Source: Chara braunii (Eukaryota > Plantae > Charophyceae). From it: 64,000 nucleotides of DNA. The position numbers and the translations under genes were made by a program. Below the pieces are notes generated by a model. That model saw nothing but the letters and a program-made list of their open reading frames with translations, was not told the origin of the DNA and searched no databases. This document shows, piece after piece, positions 36,445-49,942 of this stretch (position 1 is its first letter; the number at the start of each line of letters is the position of its first letter). Location of the stretch: the NCBI GenBank assembly GCA_003427395.1, contig BFEA01000001.1, forward strand, positions 1,796,779-1,860,778, given 5' to 3'.

Positions 36445-36512
36445 CGCTGCTGCCAGGGTTTCAACCTGGGTCTCCTGCAAACGCAGTTGTACTAGATCAG
36501 TACTACAACGTA
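36445..36512 (-). ncRNA. tRNA-Asp-derived tRNA-like structure lacking an anticodon loop
   Basis: The minus strand CGTTGTAGTACTGATCTAGTACAACTGCGTTTGCAGGAGACCCAGGTTGAAACCCTGGCAGCAGCG aligns end to end with plant tRNA-Asp(GTC). Confidence 0.7.
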
Positions 36513-39500
36513 AAGTTCATGCTGAGTAGTTGTTGGTAATCCTCTCTCTTTGTTCTAGACATCCGCCGGTTCATCGTTGGGTGTCCTGTTTAGTCATCGT
36601 CCTGCATGCAGGGTCATAACTTAGGACGCAGGCCCTAACCGAGACCTTTTGAAGGCACTATCGCCTTTGTCACACAATATTCACAAAAATATTTATAACT
36701 TTTATCATAGATCTCTCCTGCAATCTAGTACAGTAGAGTCAGGTCTCCATCTTGGCCCACCATAGCCTGGTTGATTGAACCAGATCTACGGCCCGTCACA
36801 TCGTTATTTTAGCGACGGTACCCTCGTTGGTTGCGCAACGATGGACGATTTTCCTGATAAATCATACTATCAGGACTCACAAAACAATACGACTCGAATC
36901 TTATCCCTCCGACATCCCACGGGAATAAAACTCTCTGAGGCGGCCACACCCCTTAAGCCTTACCCTTTGGTAAGACGTGGGTCCGCTACCAGGTTACGCC
37001 GGTTAGCAGCCAACACTAAGGGTTGCGCCCTAGTGATGCTAGATTAACCCCTAACTGGGTCTCTCATATATGTCTTAAGATTAGCATCATAGTGACTGGA
37101 CGGTGTGTCGCAATAACCTCAGGCTTACTGCGGGACTACGCAAAGGTTTTACTCACTCAAAGGCACAGCGCCCTCTCCAAAATCCACAAAAGATCACCGC
37201 CAGATTCACATGATCGTGGCCTCCCACTTGATCAGAGTAAAGCAAACCACACATCTTATAGACATCTCTCAAATTTTCACCAATTTGCGACCTTCCAAAA
37301 TCTCACCAAAATAATAATTTCTCTTGGTCTTTCTCGTCAGAATTTATCATTCAAACCGCTGTCCATGCCAGTTCAAATCATTTAACCACCTTCCACTTTT
37401 GAAGGGGACTCACTTATAAAATCCCACCACCACCTCCTTCATAGAGGGGAGTCAACCATAAACACTCATTACTGAGAGGCCAACTTGTGGGTCCTCGTCT
37501 CAACTCAACAAATAACATTCGGCATGGACAAGCTTTTGAGTCTCAGAAGACTCATAAGTTCCTTGGGACTTTTCATACTTCTTCCCCAAACGAACTGTGC
37601 TCCTCTTTCTCATACTCGAGCCTATTATCTGTCCATAGGCAGATTGCTCGAGTATACCAAAGAGTAGACAGTTTTACACACTCCACATTCACACAACATA
37701 TGAGATGCATCCTGTACACCTATTCACACAAAAATCATCATACATCAGGATAAATCCACACATGTGAGATTGATAGTGATCGTCGGACGAAGAGGTAGTC
37801 TCAAGTCTTTATTATGTATAAAGTTAGCATATCTCAACTCAAAGGGAACCAAAATAGCTTCAAAGCCACACACATACTCAGAGTTGAACAACCTCAACTC
37901 AAGGATGCGCAGGATAATCCCTGCCTTAGAGTTGGTCTGTCTTATCAGTTCCTTACAGGACCTTATTGCTAAAATCTTATTCGCTCTTTAAAATTTCTCT
38001 CTCTCAATGGTCCTGACCAGACAATAGTAACAATAATATATATATATCGTAATGCTATGTATCGTAATGGAGAAATAATAATCATGAATGAATAATGATA
38101 CCATGATCAAGTTAAATTTTCCAACCATGAAGGTTTTCAAATGCAACCATAAAAGAAATATTATATTATAATTCCCGAGGCTTGACATAAATATATTGTG
38201 TCGAGGGGCAGTGTAACCCTTTCTCAAAGGGGTAACATCTTATTCATGAACCCCACTCAAGGATCAAGCCTCACTGCATCTCCCTCTGATTCCAGCACTT
38301 GCACCTTGTAGACCCTTGTCGATAAAGTAGACAACCTCACCATACATGCTCTGGAATGGCCTATCCCTTCACCTGCAGATGAACCTACTTGACACAAAAG
38401 TAGTTGGGGACTCACCCCCTACTTCTCTGTGGTAAGCAGTAGCCACCTCCCTCAAAGACCATGATCTGACATGGTCCAAACACTTTCCTCCTATCCGGTA
38501 GTAGTGTAGTCATTTCACCACAAAAGATTAGATGACAACACCCCACTATGGACCAGGAACATAGTTCCGGCGTGGGTTTCACTACTACCTACAAAACAAG
38601 ATTATAAATTCTTCAAAATCGTCTTTCAGGAAACAATAACATAGGGTTGCAGCTTTCTTGGGGTAGACTTCACACATTGACCATTTTCTCGCGAAATTCA
38701 CTATCCCAAGAAACCGGTCACTCCATTCACCCCCTAATCCGCATCAGACGTGGATTCTATGTAACATTTCTGACCCCTTTTTAAAAGATCAACCCATGCA
38801 TATAGATTCAAAAACAAACTAGATATGAATGACTAATTCAGATAAACACAGATTCAAAAGGTTATATATAGGTAGAATAAAATTAGACAGATGGCTCATG
38901 CAGTTAGTCATAGATGAATAAGACTCATATAAATAACATCAAGTACATAGTCTTATATGAGTCGACATTTAAATATGCTTACTTAAAATAAAATTTTTGA
39001 TGCAGATGGATGAATTTCATAGATAGACTGAAAAGTTTAAAATTATAAACTCAAACGCTTAGATAGATAGAACATCTATGACTTTTCCTTACGAGAGCCC
39101 TTATGTAGGAAAAAAATACCTCTTTCTTAGTCACACTATTTCCTATCGTTGGCGTACTGTGATACTGCCATAACAACTTAGGCCGCTCATCGACTATGTT
39201 AAAGTACCAAAGACCCTTTCTTGGGTATCTGAATATGCAGAGTCGCATCAAATGGGAACGACGATCAGTCTATGACATTAGATGCGCCTAGCATCGTCCG
39301 TACTACTTTATGGTACCTTAATCTACAACTTCTAACTGCAATTGCCACTGCTAGGTGTCAAGGTACACAGACACCCCTTACCTCGCACCGCCTTCCAATA
39401 GTATAATCCCATAAGAACCATCAATACACTACTCATCACTCATTTACCTAGCGCCTTTAACAAAATTTGTCGTTTCGCCTGGATCATCAGCCTGCACTTA

Positions 39501-39540
39501 ACCTGGGTTCGTTCTCTTAAGGATCCCGGTAGGCAGCCGA

Positions 39541-39560
39541 GATCCCCGGCAACGGCGCCA
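39541..39560 (-). other. Primer-binding site complementary to tRNA-Asp
   Basis: The minus strand reads TGGCGCCGTTGCCGGGGATC, the Athila-type Asp PBS, following ...CTCGACA GG. Confidence 0.93.
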
Positions 39561-42500
39561 CCTGTCGAGCGCATCGGTCCCGCACGGGGACCCTCCCGGC
39601 CGCGTCACGCAGGATTTTGGCAGGACTTGTCACGGAGAGCGTTTGTCGCTCCGGCCGAGTGCGCCAGCCGTACCTCTCGCAAGCCCCTACGACAGGACAG
39701 GGTCACGCGAGACACCGCTTACCTCCACCTGTGGGAGCTGTCACCATCCCTTAGGTGGGCGTATCCCCGCCGAGCTAGTGAACCACATGCGAAGGCTTTT
39801 CGTATGCAATTGCAGAGGTGGCCCAGCCGAGGGTGTTTCTCGTTCGCTGTAGCATAGGGGGTACGCGCGGTCGAACGCCCAAAAATCGAACCCCCACGCG
39901 AATCGACACACTGGGGGGCTGAGGTGCCAAACGCAACTCGGCGCCCGTCGACTAGGACGCATCCTACATACCACGCGTTACACCACAACACTCACACACA
40001 AAACAAATAACATAACACCACAACAAACATGTCGAGTGCATCGGTCCCGCACGGGGACCCTCCCGGCCGCGTCACGCAGGATTTTGGCAGGACTTGTCGT
40101 GGAAAGCGTTTGCCTCTCCGGCCGAGTGCGCCAGCCGTACCTCTCGTGAGCCCCTACGATAGGACAGGGTCACGCAAGGCACCGCTTACCTCCATCTACG
40201 GGAGTTGTCACCATCCCTTAGGTGGGCGTATCCCCGCAGAGCTACTGAACCACATGGGAAGGTTTTTCGTATGCAATTGCAGAGGTGGCCCAACCGAGGG
40301 CGTTTCTCGTTCGCTGTAACATAGGGGGTACGCGCGGTCGAACGCCCAAAAATCGAACCCGCACGTGAATCGACGTTGAGTTGCGTTTGGGACCTCAGCC
40401 CCCCAGTGCGTCGATTCACGTGCGGGTTCGATTTTTGGGAGTTCGACCTCGCGTACCCGTGCGCCATCAACAGTAGCCATCAGCAACCTATAGTGATCAA
40501 TAGTCAGTTTAGCAGCAGTTAGCCACCGCCGTATGCAGTAGTGTGCAACAGTGAGCAGCAGTGCGCCCGCCGTATGCAGCAGTGTTCAGCGGCCGCTTCT
40601 ACAGCAAGACCCAACGTTCTCAATAGCACAGTGCTGCCCACCAATCACAACAACCCGTAGCAAGTACAGCAGCGGCTGCAGTAGAAGCACAACTGGGACC
40701 GCCTGCTGCTTTAACCAGCAACAGAGTAACACTGGATGAAGTAGTGGTACTGCATGGTGTCAATCGGAATGCTCAGTCAACAACGACATGCCAACTTCTC
40801 TATGATAGTGCCCATACGTCTACCTCAGCGCGTGCGCAGTCAGGTAACCCAACAACTAGTGCTCAACAACTGTAGCAGTCCGTGCACTTCCAGTTGGCAG
40901 CAACCTCTCCCGCCGTGTTGACTGCCGGGGTCAGTGTCTCACCAGCCAGCCGCTAAGTAACCCATCGTCCCGCAGGTGGGCTACTCTCTCACTTGTCCCG
41001 CCCTGCCCCTCGACTCTCCGGGAAGTGCCCGTACTCGTCTCACCCCCTCCTCTTGCCGAGACGGATCGAGGGCACAACCTTATCGATAGGGCAGCAGGCG
41101 GATGTTTGTGCAAACATTGGTTATGTCGGTCCTACTGGGTTCCTTGCGGCCTCCCTACAGCTGCTCCGACTCCCACGGTAATCCATATGTCAGGCAGACA
41201 TGCAAACTCCCCACTCATCGATTCCTCCTCACCACGTCAAGTAGAGCACCAGTTAGCGGGGTGACCGTCTTGCCTCCACTGCCCGCTGTCAGCAATCCCA
41301 CACAGCAAACAGGCGGTATACTGGCTCGTAGGCAAGTTATCTTTGTTACTCCAGTCCTCCCTCTCGCGTCGGTGATCAGATGGCTGGCAAGCAAGCTTTC
41401 TACCGCGCGGTTGTCCTCACACTACTCCCGCTTCTCGTGGACAGAGTGCCTGATAGCAGGAAGTCTCCAATCTCGCAGATCGACTCACGCCTCCCGACCG
41501 CACCCGACCAGGTTTCCAACCATGTTGTTATAGCTCCTATCAAATACGATGGAGTGCACCGGGCGGTTTCGAACGAGGCCATGATCGCCACGATCAATGA
41601 CGAGCTCCTCTGTAACGGAGACCAGCGCTCAGATCCGTACTAGCCCGTCAGCTAGCGGCACGGCGACTTTTACACCCTTCACGAGTTGAACAACACTGAG
41701 ACAGACCCCATCTTCAAATGCCAACGGAGAGGAACAGTCAACCACGCGACTGAGCACGCCACTGGACCTGAGACTGACGCCATCATAGCGACGAACATGG
41801 CCATCGAAATGATTGTCTCGCCTGCAAGGGTAATTACGATCTCGGCACGAAGGGGACCATGCTGGAGAGCCGACGTCTATGTCACGGTTCACTCTCCGTC
41901 CCCACCGAATGTGCCCAGTGCGGATGAATCTTCCGCAGAAACACGTCCAGATACACTCCCCCTCCTACAACCTCTTCTCCACGCAGCACTGACTCTCCAT
42001 ACTCCTAATACCATCACTTCCCGCTTCAACCAGCCTTTACCATCGCATTCGCAACTTGCCAATAACCCAATTTACAGTCCTAATTCACTCGACTTCAACA
42101 GGAAACGAGTGGAGTAAGTGTTTTCCAGCCATGCCATACCCGCCTTCGCCGGCAGCTCCGCACGACACTTTATAGTACTAACTTTTCGTTCACTAACCCC
42201 GTTATTAATCCATATTCGCAATCGTGCTCGCCAGCCCCAAAACCCTCTACCTCAATTCTTACCCCGCTTGATTCCACTACGAATCGAGTGTCCCACACAT
42301 TTTTGATTGCGCCCGTCTTCTCCCTCTGCCATAGCTCTGCGCAGTAATTTTCTCTACTAACTCTAGACTAATTAACTTTATACCACGCCGGACCCCAGAT
42401 TCGTGTTCGCCCTTACTCATAACCCTTGGACGCACCTTTCTCCCGCTCGGTTCTATCGTGATTCGAGTAGAAATGCTAACTCCCCGTTTTCTGCCATCTC

Positions 42501-44536
42501 CGCTCTGCTCTGCATGTACCCGGCGTGCTTCCCCGCCCGGGTTCACTTACCCTCGGTGCCTCCACTCGTCAGCGCCAAGTTGCGCTCTAATGCGGGCAGC
42601 GCAACGCAGCGGATTGATACAAACCATGGATTGGAGCCCGTTCCGCCAGTCTCGCTCTCTCTCTTAACATTTTGCCCTTCCCCTCCAACACTCACCTTGG
42701 CTCCACGACTACCCTCGGCCTTAGCCCTCGTCGTAGTGGTCCACCCGACGATCCCGACATCTGCAGAGATCCTGGGAAGTCAACCACTAGGCAGCTCCTG
42801 CCCTCCTTACCTTTCCTCTGCGGCCTGACGCCTCTCCGTCGGTCTATGCCGTCGTTCGGCAACCAACTTGCCATCCAGCACCCACTTTGGGCCCCAATTC
42901 GGATTTGACCGGCCCCCAAATAAAAAAAAATAAAAAATAAAAAAAATAAAGATTTTAAAAGAAGGAAAGGGGGAAGGTCCTAACAACATCCTCTCTGGTC
43001 CTGCCATGCGGGCCCGTGGTCGGCTTTCCCCCCCACAAAAACTAAGGGGGATAGTCCCGCGGGATCCTCAACCCCTCAACCCTTCTCGTCCAATGCTGCT
43101 TCGCTCCGAGGCCATCGCCTGCTGGTTTCGATCCCCGCACCTTCGTTTCGCAAGCCCCATGCTGTAACCTATAGGTCTAAGCCCAAACCTGAACCAGGCA
43201 TGCACGGAATCTTATATAAACCTGTGCGGCATAGCACTCAGGGCCAAGAAGGCGTCCGAGCCATTCCTCCATCTGTAGCCAAGCGTGCGAGCACTAATGT
43301 TCGCACCGGCCCATTCAGACTATATTATGGCCTCCACCATCCCGCACGTCAAACCTACCGCCGGTCTAACGTGCCGGATAGGGAGGCGGAACTTTGATAT
43401 CCTTACCTTAATAAAAAAATAAAAACCAGGCCGGTTGCCGGCCTTACGAACAATTCAAGGGAGAGTATCACACACGCGCCTCAAAGATTGCGCGCCCACA
43501 CACTCTCCGCTCTAGGCAACCACCCCACCTACGTAACCAAACAGACTCAGACGCGTCTCGCGCGGTACACTTAGAGTTTTAAACTTACTTCCTGTCATTT
43601 GCAAAAACTAGGGCGGATACCCTTGTCAGGGTATTCGCACCGACACCGCGCTAACGCAGACACAGCGCCAATGACAACAAACACATGCGAGAGAGAGGGA
43701 GGAAGACTATACAACATTCTAAGTGTATCTGGATACGTCGTAGGTCCGATACATTCCAAATGTGTGAGCAATCCGAATCTTGCTAGTGGTTCAGGCCTTG
43801 CATAAATCTCCTTGTTCAGTTGCTAGGGCTCCTGTGGCTGAGCTTGCCAGTGAAATTTTATTGAAAATGTATGGGGCAGTTTTATGCCCCCGATACATTA
43901 CCAGCCTCTCTACACGTCTCTGATGCTGAACTCAGGGGGTGGACGGACGACGCTGTGACGAACCACTTTCTATAACGCGCGATTTTCTGCGCGGTTGCAA
44001 TGAGGGGTCCTAAGCTGGGAAGATTGGGCCAATTTCGGGAGATCGGGATCAGTGGAGAATTTTATCAGTATCCTCGCTGTTTCATCCTTTTTTATCGTTT
44101 CTTTTTCGAATGGGCGGACACGGGGTCAGGTGTGTCTTGTCGACGACCGGTTGATTGATTGGTCGGATGGTTGTCTGGCGCGACGCCACACGCTCGCGCA
44201 ATTATTAAACGTTGACGTCGTTTCTTTCGGTTCGATTTCGATCTTTTGGGCGCGGACATTGCGCGGGAAATTGCTTCGTTCTTTTTGAATTTCCTTTTAA
44301 ATATTTTTCGAATTTTATCCCCGATGGCTCTCGGAATTTCGGACTTTCCGTCTGGAATTCGTGCTTCTTTTTGCTTTTTCGCATTAGAGAGGAATTTAGA
44401 AATTTAGTAATTAGTATTTTTCCTGCCGCGCGGCGCCTTTTTGTCTACGCGCTTCTTCATGCAACCGCACGGTACTCTGATTAGTGGGCGCCCTTAATCG
44501 TGTGTGTAACCGTAATTTTGGGCGGGCGCCATTGTA

Positions 44537-44825
44537 ACTGTATCTCTCTTCTTGCACTTCGTCTCTCCCGCCCTCCCTTTCCTTCTTTTGCTGAAATTTT
44601 GTAAGCCGCGGCTTGCACGCTCGGATCGATGTGTGGAGAAGGGTTACGTCCCCCACGCCGCGGCCGATCATGCAGAACGCNACTGTATCTCTCTTCTTGC
44701 ACTTCGTCTCTCCCGCCCTCCCTTTCCTTCTTTTGCTGAAATTTTGTAAGCCGCGGCTTGCATGCTCGGATCGATGCGAGGAGAAGGGTTACGTCCCCCA
44801 CGCCGCGACCAATCATGCAGAACGC
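44537..44825. repeat. ~144-bp tandem duplication with a single N at the junction
   Basis: actgtatctctcttcttgcac...catgcagaacgc occurs twice with a few substitutions; the N is at 44681. Confidence 0.85.
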
Positions 44826-47800
44826 AAGCGTTCCCTCTCTAATCCTCACTCTAAGTCTTGGTAATTCTGTGTTCTTCGCTCATGCATGCATGCTATAAAT
44901 TTCGGCTGCGCGATTAGTCAGCTCTCTTAACCCGTTGTTGGAAGCTCGGGTTGCATGATCAGGAAGGGTCGGGACACGAGCGAAGTAAGAGGTGAGTAGA
45001 GTAGGAGTCGGGCGACCCAACGGGCTGGTGCCGAACGCACGAGATTGACGTGGGCCACGACGGACTGTGGGCACGGGCGAATCCGACGGGCGGGAGGACT
45101 AAGCGGGGTGACAACTTCGTGGGTTGGTGCGTGACGGCGGACTGACCGCATCGGAGAGAAAGAGAAAGAAGAGAGAGTTGAGGTCGATGGACGCGGATTT
45201 GCTGTTTTCTTGTCTCTTCCCCCTCTTCATCTGTGTACATACATTTTGATTACGGCTCCGGGTGGTTTCCCGTTCTTATTTTCGTTTCGGCTTTCTGAAA
45301 TCAGGGCTTGGGTTTTTGCTCACACTTGTCCTTGCGATGTCCGTCCTGCTTGCATTATGTGTATGATTGTCGAATGTATGGATGTATGGACGTTATGACT
45401 GCTTGTCTATCTTTTTGCTGAGAATCCCTGTCCTTGTGTTATGTCTGTGTCGAATCTTTGCCCGCATCTGATGTCACTATAGATGGGATAAGAATCTGGC
45501 CCCGATAGTGATTTTGTTCTCGTTTTTGCTTATCCCGCGATGGGGGTTGCGATATGATTGCATCTTGCATAATCGACGATCCGAAGTCTAGTCCCGCGAG
45601 CGCCGCGCGAGAACACGTGTAAACGCGATCCGAGTCGCGCCCTTACACGCATTCCCGTGCGTCAATTCGATCACCCCAAAAGGATTCGTGGCGGAACCAT
45701 CATCCCGTACGAGCACGCCGAGGCGCCACTGAGTCTGCCTACCCTACACGTGCTCGTGCGCGGTGACGATATCCCGACCCGTGCTATCCCACCTGCGATG
45801 ATACCATGACGCGATCTTGGGGCTCAGACTCATCCTATGACCCGGACTATTTCACCCCTATAATAAACGAGCTCATAAGGACACGATACCCCTGTCACAC
45901 GGAGAATCGGCTATGTCCGCGGGAATTCCACTGTGCCACCTCTAGCGACCCTCGATGCTCCGATTTCCCTTCTCCCGACCACACCTACTACTTCACCCAC
46001 CCGAGATTCGTTGAGATCACCACCAGTTTCCCTCCTTTCCGCCTCCTTCTCCCGTATCATCAACTCACTGTCATTCCGTGGCCGGCCATAGCCCCCTATT
46101 GGCCCAATACGTTTTGCGTGAACTGCCGACGTAGCGGCGCACAGAGAACTCCGGAGTTCCGAAGGCCCAACCCAGGTACGCGGCGGCCTGCGCCACGTGG
46201 CGGCCCCCACGGCCTAACTTTTCGGGACAATCTCCACCACGGAGGAATTTTCCCGTAACCCGTCGCCCACAGTGTCCCAGCCCCTTCAGACTGTGAGACC
46301 CTTGCGCGCGCACCCCTCGTTCGCCTAATTGCATTCATACCCTTAAGACTCCCCCACTTCCCCCAAAAATGCTTGGCACACCCCTTTTCGCACTTCCAGG
46401 CCCACACTCCACTCCGATCAGGAAGTCGCGCTGGGCGTGAGGTTGGGCGTCACAACGCTTCCCATTCTGACAGGCCAACTGCCCACTCATTAGAAATTCA
46501 TTATATATACGCCACTTTTCTGAATGGAACTCGTGACTGCCCTCTACCGCAAAGAAAATTGCTCTAGAGGGAAGACCCCCCTTCGAATGCGTTTTCTTTT
46601 CTTTTTTTTATGCATGGCCAATCAGAGGGGGATCCATTTTCATTGCAAAACATGAAAAACGGGATACAAACCAAACAATTGATGAAAAAAGCAGTGCCCT
46701 CAGATCTCCGTGGAATGGACGGCCCTAACGGATCGAACTACTACGTTATAGCTAAGGCTTATCCCGTTGCTGTGGGACCGTGCTGTGGACCGTGCCCCAG
46801 GTGGGCGATACCGGCCAGGGGGCAGCCGGTAGCATCAGTGACCATGCCAATAGGACCAATCCCTGTGCCTCCCCTCGACCCCTACGAACATCACCAGACT
46901 CTGCTCAATGCCGATCGGGGGATCCAGTGGTCTATTTCTAGGTGGCGGGTGCAAAGCATGCCCCAGGAAGGTACATGATGCCGATGGGGATTGAGCCCAC
47001 GACCTCCTGAATGCTACTTACGAGCCTTACTAACTGAGCTACCGCTGGATTCTCGCGCCAATCTTCATGAAACTACTCCGTTTGGACTTCCTTTGAATTT
47101 GAAAGTGGCCTGGTTGTTTTTCACGCTTCGAGTCTTCCGCCGAGACTGGTCAGCCGACGAACGACATGTGCCATTTTGTCACGAATGATTAAAACCCGCC
47201 AGTCACGGAATCGTCGTAGAGCGCTGACGAGCCGGCACCCCGTAACCACACCATTACCGCCCCTCGACACATCCCAGGGTGATCGTTTCTCTGCTGTCTC
47301 CTGACCGTGCTTCCTTCATTGTAGCTCGGCACTGCGAGCGTCGTCCCAGGTGTCGGGGTGGTGCTCTCCGGACGAGCGAGCGACCGTGCCCTAGTCCCAG
47401 GACTGCAGTAGCACCGTCGTCATAGATCTGTCAGACCGTGGATTTGGACGGTTATTATCAACCTGTACTCGATTAGAAGTCAGTAGGGTATCCGTCGAGT
47501 TTGGCAACGCATATAGAGAGACGGTGTTCATCATTTTTGATATAACTGTTTAATTACATCATTTTTGATATAACTGTTTAATTATCCTCGGTTGTTGACG
47601 GAGCATCATGCAGGCAGTCAGCTAGGTGATTGAGTACAGCAAATAGTATGTGAGAACATCTTCTCTCCGGGGCTCTAATTGGGTACAGCAAATAGGATGT
47701 TCCTGCCTCTTGTCTCCGGGGTTTTCGTACAGAAGAGGAGAGGACAAAAGGCGGGAGGCACGAGGCAATGGCGCGCTTTGCAGATGAATTCTGTCTCCCG

Positions 47801-48475
47801 TCTGTTCGGTCATTGGTAGAAGGAGAGAAGTATCACATGAACGTTCATGGGTGATTGATACATTCATCTTGGCACATCAGCTGATTGTCGCTTGATCACC
47901 TTCGACGGGGAGGCAGTCGAGAGGTGTAGAGTGAGTGAAGCGAGTAAAACCGCGCAGCAGAAGGGAGGAGGGGTTCGATATATCATATTAAAGCCCGGCT
48001 GATGATCGATGCCGTACTTCACATCCGTTGCATAGAGGCTAGGCTGTGCAATCAATTAGCCAATAAGGTGGTCGGAAAGGAAGTTGGTTCTTGATCGCCG
48101 GCATTGTAGTGGTTATGACGTGGCTTTCTTTACCCTAGAGATTTTGGCATGTGGATGGCCATCGCACGTGGAGCGCTTTCTGGGCCTCACGCCCAGTCAT
48201 CGCTCCAAACCTGCGGGAAATTGAGAGACGGCGCGATCGGCTAACTTCGCCGCGCTCTCAATCGCAATTGCGAGGGTGCGGGCGACACTCGCAGAGGCCA
48301 ACCGGGCACGGGGATGAACTGATTAGATCAGACATGTGAAGTGGGCAGGCGCGCCCAGCGCTTCTGCTTGCCTTCTCCCTCGGCAGAGTATTTAGCGGGA
48401 ACTCCTGGTCACTATATCAGCCAGCAAAAAGGGAAATAATACTCGCATCAAGTAGAGAGACGGAGGAGACGGAGG

Positions 48476-49942
48476 ATGGGGAGAGGGTTGTCGCCTTTGC
48501 GTCTCTTGTTGGGTCGGTCACCGTCCAAGCGACAACAGCAGGAGCACCTACACCAGCAACAACAACAGCAGCAACATCAGGGAGGGCAGGGCGCGCAAGC
48601 GCAGGCGGGGGGTGGTGGAGATGGATGTGAGCCTTCTGGCACGGGCAAGGGCAACGCCACGGGGGACAGGAAACCCCTTGCGCCGGCAGAGAATAATGCG
48701 CGCGAAGGGGATACTCCGGCCGCCGATGGTGCGGCGCCGGTCGTTGATCGGATAGATATCGGCCGAGCCGCTGGGTCAAAGCATCATCATGGTAAAACCA
48801 AGCCGTCATTTGCGCGGCATAATGTAGGAGCTGGAGGGGATGCGAAAGGAGGGGGCGGAGTTAACTTATGTGTGGGAGCTGTGGATGCAGGACGGGGTTT
48901 GGCGGGAGGAAGTGCCAGAGAGCGAAGCTCTTCTAGCACCCCGCCACGTGGCGCAACTGGCCCCGGCTGGCACCCGGCTATGCGGGGCAATTCGAACACG
49001 AACCCGAATCCGAACGCGAACGGAGGCGTTCCGCTGGCGACCGGTGGGATCGCCACCGGGCAAGGGCAAGCTGCGAGGCTCCCTCAGCCGCAGCAGAGCG
49101 CCAGAGGTGGGCAGTCCGAATTCGAAGGGGCTAATCCATCACCAGGTGGACTTCCCGGGTCATCAGGTAGTCGTATGTTGTCAAACCTTGCGGCAGCAGC
49201 TGTGCAAGACGGCAATCGAAGTTCTCCGAGAACGCCGGTCAAATTGCGGCCACCCCCCGGCTTCGACCAGAGCTCGACCGCGATTGCAGATCCGCCGCAG
49301 CCGACAGGAGGCGTTTCCGAGCATCAGCAGCACCAACAAAACCACGCTGGTATTAGTAACAGACGAGCGGGAGCTAATCAGGGTACGCCCGGCGTTGCAG
49401 AGGTGGGGGATAATGCGCGCTCGAAAACCCCTCGCAGATCCGACATGGCCGGCGCCCCGTCATCGGCGGCGGCGGCGGCCGCGGCCGCGGCCCCACTGGG
49501 AGCAGCGTATCGTGGAGGCATTGGCGCGGGAGAAGCGAACGGTATGACGCCGTCAAATCAGCAACAGCCGGGATCAGCGGTGGGGACGGGTGGTTACGGT
49601 GGTGCCACGCTGCCAAACACTGTAAAGCTAACGAAACAACGTGGGCAGCAGGCAAGGGACTTAGCGCTTGGTGATGGTGGCGGACCTCCTGCTGGGCAGA
49701 ATGGGCAGGCGGGCCTGTCTCTGAAGACTGCGAAGCAGATCTATAGAACGCCGAAGTACCAGAATGGCGATGGTGGGCCTAATGCCGCCCCTGTCATGGG
49801 TTTTACTGGAGGAGGAGCGAGGACGGCGCAAAGAGCCGCCATGGCTGCAGGCTCTCACATTCCCATGTTCCCGCACCTGCCTGTCGAAGAGTTCGATCTG
49901 GAGGAGACATGGAACTCTTGGACAGAAGATCAATCCGTCCAG
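48476..49942 (+). CDS. KIN12: Kinesin-12-like motor, exon 1 (long low-complexity N-terminal extension)
   Basis: A 489-codon open frame ends ...EEFDLEETWNSWTEDQSVQ|gtaag, matching FELxEDPSFWxDHNVQ of plant kinesin-12. The start codon is uncertain. Confidence 0.8.

Larger units (their letters stand above)
33266..43645 (-). mobile_element. Probable non-autonomous Gypsy-type LTR element: 5' LTR 43645-39563, Asp PBS, non-coding interior, 3' LTR 36291-33266
   Basis: Both LTRs share the end unit (33266-33730 vs 39563-40029) and the start region with terminal hairpin. The PBS is 2 nt from the LTR and the flanks are CCGT/CCGC. The LTR middles are poorly similar, so pairing of the two LTRs is not certain. 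Confidence 0.7.

Noticed and set aside
39455-39505. Minus-strand CTGATGA-TCCAGGC-GAAAC hammerhead core
   Set aside because: Stems I and III cannot be formed with a correctly placed UH triplet.
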